In this document: piece by piece, positions 26,001 through 34,490 of the stretch | How positions within the stretch are numbered: the stretch's first letter is position 1 | Layout: each line of letters begins with the position of its first letter | Source: Catajapyx aquilonaris | Lineage: Eukaryota | DNA length: 34,490 bases | Direction of reading: 5' to 3' | NCBI GenBank assembly: GCA_000934665.2 | Contig: JYFJ02004139.1 | Span: 1-34,490 of the forward strand | The notes under the pieces: generated by a model | Database searches by the model: none | The model's input: only the letters and a program-made list of their open reading frames with translations | Told to the model about the DNA's origin: nothing | Position numbers and translations under genes: made by a program

Positions 26001-29000
26001 CAGAGGTCAGCATTCCATGGATATCCGCAGGGATTTTACCATTCAGAGTAAAGCTTATGGTACTTGCTTCCGCTGTTGTGTGCAAATAAAGCCTATTTCA
26101 CTGGAAAGTTTAGAGATTATTATGTAAAATTATGATTATCGCTATAAATTTTGTATTGATAACATTTCTTTTGCCCGTCAAAATTATTCTGAAATTGTTT
26201 GTGCGTAAATACACCGTACTTAACACTCAGGAATACTGTGCAGTGACTGTGCAGCTTCATTTATCACAAATTGCCACTCACCAAACTGGACTCGTCGGGA
26301 GAGGCCAGAGTCAGCAGAAGTACGCTTACGTTGATGTTGAGTACTCCTGAAACACAAAAGATCCTTGACAATGGGTACCCGTCGGGGGGCCTAACGGCTC
26401 CCACAATTGCGTTGAAAAGTACCGTTACGATCCGGAATCGTTAATCGACAAAGCCTGAAGCGATCCGACTCACCAGAAATAGGTGGAATGATGCGTTTGT
26501 CGTATCGAGTTTCCTTGATGAGTTCATCCAGCATCCGCTTGTCCGACATGTCCTCGGTGAACCTGCAAGGATCGAAGAGGTCCGAATGAGATAGGCGTGT
26601 CTAACAGGATGTGAAGCTGGATTTTCAAGAGATGCAAGCTCCACACTTGTTGCTTCGCTTGAGCTCATCTTTCTATAGAATAATGTCAAAAGTTGGCATG
26701 TTTATCTGCATGCACCCCTCCTATATGAAGGTTCATCGCACCGCGACATCATTCAGCGTGCGTTTTCCCCCGATCGTGACAAACGTGCGGTCTAGCCGGA
26801 CCCTTGGGAAAGTGTGCGACATGAAAGGACTTGTGCTGAACTCTCGACACTTCATCATCCGGGTTTCAATCTCGGAGCCAACCGCATGCCATTACCACCC
26901 TGTAAATGAAATTGTCTCCCCAGAGGTCGCATGAATAGGACACCGGCCCGTTTTCCCAACTCCATTTTTAGCTCCCCATTCTCAATATGAGCCAGTGTCA
27001 AAAGGCGGTTTAGTGACAGAAGTTTGGGGGAGTTTGTATGAAACTTTTGTGCTAGTGACCTTGTGCACAACAATGTACGATAGAGGTACGGTCTAGATAT
27101 GATCTTCCACGACCTGTACGGCGATCAAAGACATAAGTAATGCAAGGACTGGCTCAACTGCCAATGAAACCATTACTAGTCTACGCTATGTGTGGTTATT
27201 TTTGGACCTGATAGCACGTTGCGAGTCTCCGCTGGCTTTGGGGGCTACGTTTTTCGCAATTTCACGCACTCTTGCACAGTATCGACGACATGCTGAAGGC
27301 TGAGCCTGCGTAAATTTGCTTCACTGCACGAACTCGTCATTAGGATAGGTATGGCCCAATAAAATACGTAACCGGAAATATCACAATCTTGCTCAAAATT
27401 TAGTGAACGCGATCAGAATCACTGCCGGTCAACCACCAAGGTCGGCTTTCGTTCTGGAACGCCATTTTTTTATTGGACGCCACTTTCTGACCAGCCAAAT
27501 AAGTCGATTTATTCTCAATAATTAAGTCAGCGTTCGGACGACGTGGCAACGTCTATAGTTCCAGAGCTGCCACGTGGTAAAAGCTGAGCGAAAATAATTC
27601 GGCTTTTAATTAGGTTTGCATGGCGTATATAAGGAATTTATCCTTCTTCAATTAAGTCCCCTTTGGTTCGCCAGCCCACGCCAATATATCGACCATCAAA
27701 GAGTTGTGTTTGGCGTCGTATGTCCTTGGCAGTGGCTTGGGAAGGTCCTTAGAAACGTTGTTCAAGTAGGCACAATTTGGCGTGAAGCTTCTGTCCTAAT
27801 ATTTGCAGAAACTTACTGATGATAAAGCTTGAAGGACGGTTGATGCGGCTTCTAAATTGCCTCGCATTTTGTTTAGCAAGAAACTCTGCTGGATTTCATC
27901 CCGGTTTTTTGGTATATGCCTCTTTGACATGCACCCACATCAAGTGCACTGGACTGCGTGAAACGAAATGAAACGATAAATGGTCCTGCAGACATTTTTT
28001 TTTCTCCTCCCCAGATATTTACTTGGTATCAAAATTTGTCCTATAACTCTGAGAGGGTCATTTCACTTCAGTGATGTCAAAGCGCGGCCGGACTTTTTTG
28101 AAGATTGCCTTTGCGGTTCCACTTTGTAGCACATCGTCAAACGTGGATAACTAGCAGTCCTGAGTCCATACCATGTCAGAAGGGCCACTTTCTAACCACC
28201 GATTTCATGTAGTTACAGACAAACACGGATCTAAAGAGTTATGTTTTGTACCAAAAATGACCAATACTGATCAAGAAATATCGGAGAAATTGTGGCCATT
28301 ATCTGCTGATGTTTCCAAGTTTGATGAACTGGAATACCCGTCATTTACACGTGGAGCTGATTTTCCTTTCCCCCTGACTGTGCATATTTGCACTTGGTTG
28401 GACTGGAATCGAATTATTACACCTGGACACTCACTTTCAAAAGCGTCATGCTACGCCGCAGTGACTGGCCAGAGAGATGAGGTGGGCGGTAACAACAACA
28501 AAAAAAATGGCCAGCTAGTTACGTGTAGTATGAAAAGCCCCAGCTAACCCACTTGTTTCATCATTAATATAAACATGCCACTTCGCTGGCAGGTATTACC
28601 TTGGGACGTTCATCCAGGCTTTTGCCACTGACATGTCAATTTAATGAGCCAGATTATTAGTGCCACAGAGAACCAAAATGGCACCCTTGACAAAAAGGTT
28701 CGTATATCCAAACTGAATTGTGGGAAAGCTAAAGAAAAAAAACAATGGGGCTGCTAAACTATATGCAAAATATTACAACCGGTATTAACACTACCGTATA
28801 CTTGAAAGGCCTGTCGGGAGCACAGTATGTGTTCCAGTATGATCAAAAGATGTGCTTAAGGTTAGTGTGAAATCTGAAGAAGTGTGGCTATGATACAACT
28901 CATGATTGTATCAACATAATATGGTTTCCGTGAGGTGTGGGACAATATCAGGTAAAATATGGAATGAATCTATGTGTGATTCATCGAGCTATAACCTGCT

Positions 29001-31217
29001 TTTAAAACAGTTTCAGAAGAGTTGTTTATCTGATCCTCTGCTGCTACGTGCGCCAAATTGCCAATTTGATATACACAAATCGTGCGTTACTTTGGCGTTT
29101 ACTGCAGTCCTGTTTGTCAACAAAATTAATCTCCTCCCCTACAAACTGTTTTTTTGCGTAAGTGAGCCAAAAATGAAACCGTACTGCTTCCCATGCTCAT
29201 TCCCATTTCAAGAATACCATTGATGATTTATTTCTTTTCTAAATATTGAAACCACTCTTTTGCCATTAAATGAAAATGAACACTTGAGTGGTGAAACATT
29301 TGTTACGTAAATTTATGCTTAATTTATGCCGGAGTCCTTCTCTTCTGATATACAATTTATGCGCAGGTCCATGAGGAACCCCCTTTGTCATTGTACTTGG
29401 GTCTCCTGGGATCCTCCTATTTGCCACCGCAAACCTGGAGCAACCATTTCTACAAAATCTCGCATTGTCGAATCTGCATTAAGGATTAATATTTCACAAA
29501 ACAACAGAAACTGTGAAAGTGAAATTTTGTTTCGTCTAAAAACTCCCTAATTGGATCTGAACTATTACCCGTGGTTTGAATGGAAGGTAATTTTTCTTTC
29601 TCCCCTTAACTGCGAAAGTCTCACTTAATTCTGGGTCTTCTTGAAAAGTTAATAATTCGCACTTCTGATAAACCACACCAGTTTCAAGAGTCAGATGAAG
29701 TGACTGAAATAATGCATTAGTTAGTTGTTTTGAAAAGATTATCACAGTGCAGGATGTCGTGTCACACACAGGGGTTAACTTCATAAAACTTGAAAGCAAA
29801 TAATATCCCAAAAAATGGGCTTTTCACAGGGTGTCAAGAGGAAGGTGCGCGCAAGGTTCGTCGGTAGTGTAAAATTTATTCCAGAAAGGATTGAAACCCT
29901 CATGTGTTATGTAAGCAAAGGGTGTTTCATCGTTATATACATTTAACCGGTCTTTTACGATTACCGAAGAATATCAAACTGCGTCGAAGAACGACGTAAC
30001 TGTAGTATACAAGAACGGTCCAAAGCATAAAGGTAAATCACAATGTATTAATCTCTTACGGAAACAGGCAATGAAATTCTGCTAGGATAGCAGCTATTGC
30101 CGACAAGCGTCGGTGTATGCTTTGAAATTAACGGTGCTAATATGCATGGCGCACGCTTTGAACACTTTTGGAGAGAGTCAGGACTCGCAATCCCCCTTTG
30201 AGTATGACCCATCATCAGTGAACCACTGCAAGTAGGGGTAGCCTATTACCCTGGGAGGGCGAAAATGTGAGCTAATTGGCCGACCATGCCCCCAAATGAA
30301 TGGAAATAATGGATGGAAACTCGGGGTCCTCCTTTGGAGTACGTGCTACCTGATTCTCATTTGCGATGTTCAAAATTTCCTCTAATGTAAGATTTACTGG
30401 ACTTTTGGGGAGCAGAATCTCAATTATTGTCATCAAAAATGCTATGTCTGTAGTCACTATTTTTGGATAAAAAGTGTTTGAGCGGTCTGTCGTAGTCATT
30501 GTTGTCTTTCTTATCGTACTTGTCGATTAGAGTTGCCCACACATTAGTTGTTCAGAGTTTCTGCATCGTTAAGGAAAGGATTAACCAGAACAACTTTGGC
30601 AAAGACAAAGACGATGTCCGTGTGAACACATTTTTATCGATATATCGACATAGTCATTATCGATAGTGAAAATTGACTAAAATTTTAAAAGCATTAGGCC
30701 AATCTAGTCATTAAAGTCCTTGTGATGCCAACGGCGACAGACAAGGGAATATGGTATCGACACCCAGTCTCCATCAGCTATCGCCTTGCCTTCATAACGA
30801 ATACTGTACTGAAAAGCATTGTCCATAGAGCAGCCATGCCCCCCCCCCCCTTCCCCGTCCCCCCAGGCCATTGTGGGCACATTTTCAGTGCAGAGGGCTG
30901 CAAACAAGATATCCTCTGGGAAATGTCAACAGTGTACGGTTACAATCCATGCCCGCGACAGGAAGCGTGTATGCCTGCCACGGCAACAGATAGCGAATGG
31001 CTATACAGTAGGTAGGTGTCGATACCATCACATGAGCGATTGCTTTCTTTACTGGAAGCTGTCACGGGCGAACCATTCGTTTCTGCGACATTACACCACA
31101 TGATCATGTTAGTTGTGAAAATGGCACTTACCTCAACATGGCGAAGGCGCCGTCGAGGAAGAGAAGGAATGTGAAGCATTGGCACAGCAGGAGCAGAGGG
31201 CCGGAGCCTCTGGGCAT
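9070..31217 (-). CDS. pHCl: Whole gene span (spliced): pH-sensitive chloride channel pHCl orthologue, Cys-loop ligand-gated anion channel, about 447 aa from 11 exons
   Basis: Manual exon assembly with canonical GT-AG junctions and matching phases (2,1,0,2,1,1,2,0,0,0). The translation has a Cys loop CQGNLNIFPFDHPIC, M2 with PAR (WNAVPARVMIGVTTMLNFFTT), M3 NVWDGVCMCFIYASLLEFVCVNY and the C-terminus KKEPPHPIRIAKTIDV...HYKGFS. I recognise these from memory as insect pHCl; no database search was run. Confidence 0.93.
9528..9610. repeat. (ATT)27 microsatellite
   Basis: Perfect trinucleotide run in the last pHCl intron. Confidence 0.99.
9841..9939 (-). CDS. pHCl: pHCl loop exon 10: TERKRDQPSEIITCTNCGPNPCTHTANNGCATE
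   Basis: Acceptor TTTTTGCAG and weak donor GAG|GTCGCT; 99 nt, phase 0-0; matches the Cys-rich loop segment I recall from insect pHCl (EIVACTTC...PCTHSANNGCATE). Confidence 0.9.
10254..10398. mobile_element. hAT-type MITE, 145 bp
   Basis: Perfect 19-bp TIR CAAGGGGTTAGCAACTCCC; perfect 8-bp TSD GATGACCA (10246-10253, 10399-10406); internal GGTTCCA repeats. Confidence 0.92.
12558..12810. mobile_element. Tc1/mariner-type foldback MITE, 253 bp
   Basis: TA|CAGGGTGGACCAACTTCAAG...CTTGAAGTTGGTCCACCCTG|TA; arms of about 119 bp around a 15-bp spacer. Confidence 0.93.
14299..14455. mobile_element. Foldback MITE, about 157 bp (probably Tc1-like)
   Basis: Inverted arms of about 70 bp: GTACTGTACTATCGGGTTCAAATACTTT... 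and ...AAAGTATTTGAACCCGATAGTACAGTAC. Confidence 0.88.
15356..15418 (-). CDS. pHCl: pHCl loop exon 9: RLPSVLNRIGLMLSSPLIRQQ
   Basis: Strong acceptor CTTTCTTCCAG and donor CAG|GTAACA; 63 nt, phase 0-0; resembles the RLPAVLSRIGVILASPL segment I recall from insect pHCl. Confidence 0.88.
17044..17094. repeat. (TAA)17 microsatellite
   Basis: Perfect trinucleotide run in the intron after exon 8. Confidence 0.99.
17356..17439 (-). CDS. Candidate alternative cassette exon in the M3-M4 loop: LRVPNRETQNRGGVCGERRRSSSSQQPQ
   Basis: Acceptor TTTTATTGCAG, donor CAA|GTAAAG, 84 nt, phase 0-0, no stop codon; polar loop-like composition. No homology recognised. Confidence 0.5.
17860..18028 (-). CDS. pHCl: pHCl exon 8: M2-M3 loop, M3 and start of the intracellular loop (GTLPVVSNLTAINVWDGVCMCFIYASLLEFVCVNYVGRKRPRHNVVYRSGENPVVQ)
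   Basis: CAG acceptor and GTAGCG donor; lies within ORF 17497..18021. Confidence 0.96.
18895..19113. mobile_element. hAT (Charlie-like) MITE, 219 bp
   Basis: Perfect 15-bp TIR CAGTGGTTTCCAACC; subterminal GCGACCCCCT motifs; degenerate TSD CTGTACCCG / CTGTACAG. Confidence 0.87.
19462..19660 (-). CDS. pHCl: pHCl exon 7: loop C end, M1 and M2 (GNYSCLKVELIFSRDRSFYFTTFFIPGIILVTSSFITFWLEWNAVPARVMIGVTTMLNFFTTSNGFR)
   Basis: CAG acceptor and GTGCGT donor; PAR anion-selectivity motif. Confidence 0.97.
19776..19913 (-). CDS. pHCl: pHCl exon 6: ISYERNMLVFGWKNDAGKLQKSANLTSLNAYLIENATSECESSHWR
   Basis: CAG acceptor and GTAAAA donor; loop B/F/C region; lies within ORF 19690..19974. Confidence 0.94.
21766..21848 (-). 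CDS. pHCl: pHCl exon 5: Cys loop RHLILSCQGNLNIFPFDHPICSFSVES
   Basis: C-x13-C containing FPFD; CAG acceptor and GTAAGT donor; too short to appear in the ORF track. Confidence 0.96.
24342..24636 (+). mobile_element. tRNA-derived SINE, copy 2, full length with target-site duplication
   Basis: Same head as copy 1; short A tail; flanked by the direct repeat ATGATCATGCCTTTCAG at 24325-24341 and 24637-24653. Confidence 0.9.
25144..25364 (-). CDS. pHCl: pHCl exon 4: KYEVEFLLYQQWSDPR...VWLPDTYFVKHGDFK...LRIFRNGTVNYTM
   Basis: CAG acceptor and GTAAGC donor; WxDPR and WxPD motifs; overlaps ORF 25140..25355. Confidence 0.96.
25441..25657. mobile_element. Degenerate Tc1/mariner-type MITE just upstream of the exon 4 acceptor
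   Basis: Right end GACCCACGAACTTGGAACACCCTG|TA; left end TA|CATGGTTCCAAGTTCGTGGGT; imperfect arms of about 80 bp. Confidence 0.83.
26282..26346 (-). CDS. pHCl: pHCl exon 3: GVLNINVSVLLLTLASPDESSL
   Basis: CAG acceptor and GTGAGT donor; LASPDESSL is characteristic of pHCl. Confidence 0.95.
26474..26562 (-). CDS. pHCl: pHCl exon 2: FTEDMSDKRMLDELIKETRYDKRIIPPIS
   Basis: CAG acceptor and GTGAGT donor; N-terminal helix plus the YDKR..P motif typical of Cys-loop receptors. Confidence 0.93.
31132..31217 (-). CDS. pHCl: pHCl coding exon 1: signal peptide MPRGSGPLLLLCQCFTFLLFLDGAFAML(R)
   Basis: ATG at 31217 with an in-frame TGA 30 nt upstream; hydrophobic core ending in A-F-A; strong donor AG|GTAAGT; phase 2 matches exon 2. 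A possible acceptor TTCACAG at 31226-31232 would imply an upstream non-coding exon. Confidence 0.8.
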
Positions 31218-31740
31218 CCTACTCCCTGTGAAGACGGCCAGGCGTCAGTGTGCATGCGCTCTTTTGCCTTTACCAGCTAGATGGTTTTTTGTGCTTTTTT
31301 GTTCAAGCCTGTTTCTTTCTTCCTGAAACAGAGGAAGCATGTTGATTAAGTCCCCCCATGCAAGGCCCAAGGATGCTGGCAGGCACAATGATTGCAGCAA
31401 TCGCCCACTCTCATTCGATCTCCACAAGTCTTCTTTTCGTCTGGATGTTTGTGTCCGACAGGGCTCGATATTTCACAGGACCAGAAGAATAGGAAAAGGA
31501 GCATGGTATAGATCTGGAGTAGGTAAGAGAAGTAGAGTATAGGACACACAAATCATGAGTCGCTGCATTGCATCATTGGGCCCAGCACCTTTTCCTTGTC
31601 AAGCCTTTCTTATTGCGACGCCTTCGTGAGCTGGCTGTGCTTTTTCAGTAAACTTGTTGGAATACAATGTGAACAAGCGTAACATGTATACTTCATTGTT
31701 GTAATATAGCCTTTGGTGTTACTTTTATGCATTTCATCCG

Positions 31741-32056
31741 TAGGGTGTTTCAACTTTTTTGTCCGAACAGTTATCGGAAAATTGCACGTAGCTGCTACTT
31801 TGTAAGCAGTGACTTGCAACCGGTGATTTGCCGGAGGAATGGGGAATGGAGACATCCCATGGCATGTGTGACCCTCTATTTACCAGGCTTGACCCTCAAT
31901 TTTCAGCGGGCAGCACGTATGTCACTTCAACCTACGATTCGCAGGGAATATTCCCCGTTCCTCCTAAAAATCACCTTTTCCAAGTCACTGCTTACAAAGT
32001 AGCAGCTACGTGCAATTTTCCGATAACTGTTTGGACAAAAAAGTTGAAACACCCTG
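31741..32056. mobile_element. Tc1/mariner-type foldback MITE, 316 bp
   Basis: Arms of about 105 bp: AGGGTGTTTCAACTTTTTTGTCC... and ...GGACAAAAAAGTTGAAACACCCTG|TA; left terminus is mutated. Confidence 0.9.
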
Positions 32057-32737
32057 TATACACAGCGTGTTCCAACTGAAACAGACACGTCAATTGGAAC
32101 ACGCAGTATTTTTTATTTTAAATCACGTTTGCGCCAATCATCAGCCGAAATGCTGTGGAAGTAATGCATGTTATAATTTGGCATAAAAAGGTAGGCATTA
32201 ATATTTCTGAGTAGTAGTATTCTCATCTTCATTATAGGTCTACGCGTGGCAGTCGTCTCTCGGCGATACTGCGCATCATAATTTATAACAATGGAAACTC
32301 CTGCCAGGCCCCGTGTGATGGGTTCTTTTGGAATATTTACATTTCTGCCTGTGTTTGCCTGTGTTAAATCATAAGCTCAATGATGGCTTTGAGAGTGGGA
32401 TGAAACGGGACAGTTTCCATAGAAAACTCACACGAATACGGAGAGAACCCAATTGAAACGCTTACCACATACAAAAAAATTCGCTCGACTCGGGGTCGAA
32501 GTCGGGACAGAGCTGGGTTGAAACCACTTACGCCAACGTGCTGCCAAATGAGCACAAAAAGTTACTTTACATTGTTAGTGTCCTATTAGCCTACTTCTCG
32601 TGTTACAGTGCATGTAAAGAACAAAATGAACATGTCAGCTGCATGTCGCTCACAAGTTACAAAGACAGTTACTTCTAGTATCCCTGCAGTGTTAGGGTGC
32701 GATCCTGTAATACAATACATGCAAGTATGATATTTGA

Positions 32738-32995
32738 TTTTAGACTTAATCGTCAAAAAAAAGTCTTATAGAACGGCTCTGTCCGTCCGTCTGTGGACAA
32801 GTATCAGGGCCTCAACCGCAAAATATAGCGACAAACCGTTTTCATATTTGGATTAAGCGTGACCTAAATAGGTGTCATGGTCAACTTCCGGTGACCCGCC
32901 ACTTCCGGTGACCCGCCACTTCCGGTTTTCCGGGTTCACTCTATCCTTATAAGTCTACTTTACGGGCGGATTATCGTTTAATTTCGAAATTAGTT
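32738..32995 (+). mobile_element. DINE-1/Helentron-associated (HINE-like) non-autonomous element
   Basis: 5' T-run plus TAGACTTA; nearby partial inverted copy AAGTCT (32761); GTCC/GTCT microsatellite (about 32778-32794); internal 17-bp tandem repeat; 3' TAAGTCTA (32950-32957); terminal palindrome TAATTTCGAAATTA followed by GTT. Confidence 0.7.
32884..32926. repeat. 17-bp tandem repeat, 2.5 copies
   Basis: ACTTCCGGTGACCCGCC twice, then ACTTCCGGT; lies inside the HINE-like element. Confidence 0.95.
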
Positions 32996-33241
32996 GCCCT
33001 GGATTCCTGACCATGTGTGTCGCGGAATTAGCCAAGGTTTTACCTGGCGCTCTGGTACAGGGGCTGTGCAATTAATTCTAATGTTGGACATGTTTGCGAT
33101 GCGCGTCCTCGGCCGCCATGAGAAAAAGTCTACTACAGTATAATCACGGTGACGTGATTTGCCAATCTTGTTTAAATTGCGCAAAAAACAGTTTTCTAAG
33201 AAAAGCATAATCATTATTATTATTATTATAACATTCATTAA

Positions 33242-33988
33242 CCCCTTCGCTACCAGATAGGCCCAAACCACTTATAGATTTTGCCTTACACGTACTCCGA
33301 AGATACAGACAAGATATTTTTTACAAATAATGACAGCTATATACTTACCCTTTCAGGGGAAACACTATGAATTTGTCTGGAACAATTTTACTCGTCTACT
33401 AGCCCCTAAATTAATTTACAAAAAAAGGGATACAAAAACTCGAAATTGGAGTACTGCCGACCAACTGTTAGGCTGATTTTATTATGAAATACGCTAAAAT
33501 ATACAGAACAACTACCTTGAGAACCATGCCAGTCTAATTTTCTGAAATAGTAGTACGTTTCGATAAATAAATAAATACTTATTTGCGGCTTTCTGGCACT
33601 TCGGAAAACTCCCAAATTTATTTACGTTTCGCGAAGTGTCAAAAATCCGCAAATAAGTATTAATTTATTATCGAAAAGTACGACGATTTCAGCAAATTCC
33701 TCTGGCGTGGTTCTCAAGGTTGTTGTTCCGTATATTTTAGCGTATTTCATAATGAAATCAGCCTAACAGTTGGCCGGAAGTACTCCAATTTCGAATTTTT
33801 ATAGCCTTGGGGGGGGGGNGGGGGGAATTAATTGAGGGACTTCTAGACGAGTAAAATCGTTCCACACACATTCATAGTGCTTCCCCAAAACTGATATCTG
33901 TTATTATTTGTAAAATATCTAGTCCGTATCTTCGGAGGACGTGTAAGCCAAAATCTGCGTGGCTCTGGCCTATCTGGTAGCGAACCCG
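33242..33988. mobile_element. Large foldback element, about 750 bp, with a piggyBac-like left end
   Basis: TTAA|CCCCTTCGCTACCAGATAGG at the left and CCTATCTGGTAGCGAA at the right; imperfect inverted arms of about 370 bp centred near 33618; right terminus degenerate. Confidence 0.82.
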
Positions 33989-34331
33989 TTTCACACGTGG
34001 TCACTTTTAGTGGCCACGGAGCCACAGCCACAGACCACTGACGTCCGCCACAAGTTCAGTCATAATTATGTCCAAGCTAGTTCACCATGCCCCGAGGAAA
34101 GAGCAGTTTACCACCGTGGATTCTGCAATGGGAACCTAGCCTTGGCCTGGGATTTGGGTAATTTGTACACCACTTTTCGGCACCAAAATGTCATTCCTCG
34201 ATAAATTATCGGGCGTTTAAAAGTCACCCGCAAATTGGCGGGAAAAACGGGGGCGTGGCCTAAAAATCGCATTCCCACTCCTGCCTAACCAAGGGGACAA
34301 CAGTGAAGTTAGCAGGCCGTTGCCTCGCGGG

Positions 34332-34400
34332 CGTTCGATTCGGCTTATTTACTGGCGATCCCGTTCGATTCGGCTTTACTTGCGGTCGTTCGATTCCGGA
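34332..34400. repeat. Imperfect 25-30-bp tandem repeat with core CGTTCGATTC
   Basis: Three cores at 34332, 34362 and 34387. Confidence 0.85.
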
Positions 34401-34490
34401 CGGCTATTCTACAGCGAATGAGACTGAGTGGCCCACGTAATGTAGAGTTCCGTTTACCTCACGGAAGTGGGGCCCCGATTGAGCATAATC

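Noticed and set aside
26894..26903. Isolated CCACCCTGTA resembling a Tc1 MITE end
   Set aside because: No partner TIR found nearby.
30180..30499. Possible decayed transposase or RNase H fragment (LTLEEILNI, WFTDDGS)
   Set aside because: The motifs are too short, fall in different frames and have no supporting context.

Overview
Eukaryotic, most likely arthropod, genomic DNA. The main feature is one multi-exon minus-strand gene that the ORF track breaks into fragments. I assembled 11 coding exons by hand (31217 to 9070; all GT-AG, all phases compatible; 1344 nt, 447 aa). They encode a Cys-loop ligand-gated anion channel that closely matches the insect pH-sensitive chloride channel pHCl. Its hallmarks are a signal peptide, a C-x13-C Cys loop, a second loop-C disulfide, the PAR anion filter, M1-M4 and the C-terminus HYKGFS. 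The M3-M4 intracellular loop is built entirely from phase 0-0 exons. The introns there hold several additional frame-preserving cassette-exon candidates, and possibly an alternative poly-Asn terminal exon. Introns and flanks are rich in non-autonomous elements: Tc1/mariner-type foldback MITEs, two hAT MITEs, a piggyBac-like 750-bp palindrome, a DINE-1/Helentron-like element and two copies of a tRNA-derived SINE. Most ORF-track entries are spurious. I see no convincing evidence for a wholly new biological system. The best leads concern splicing and RNA structure in the channel's intracellular loop.
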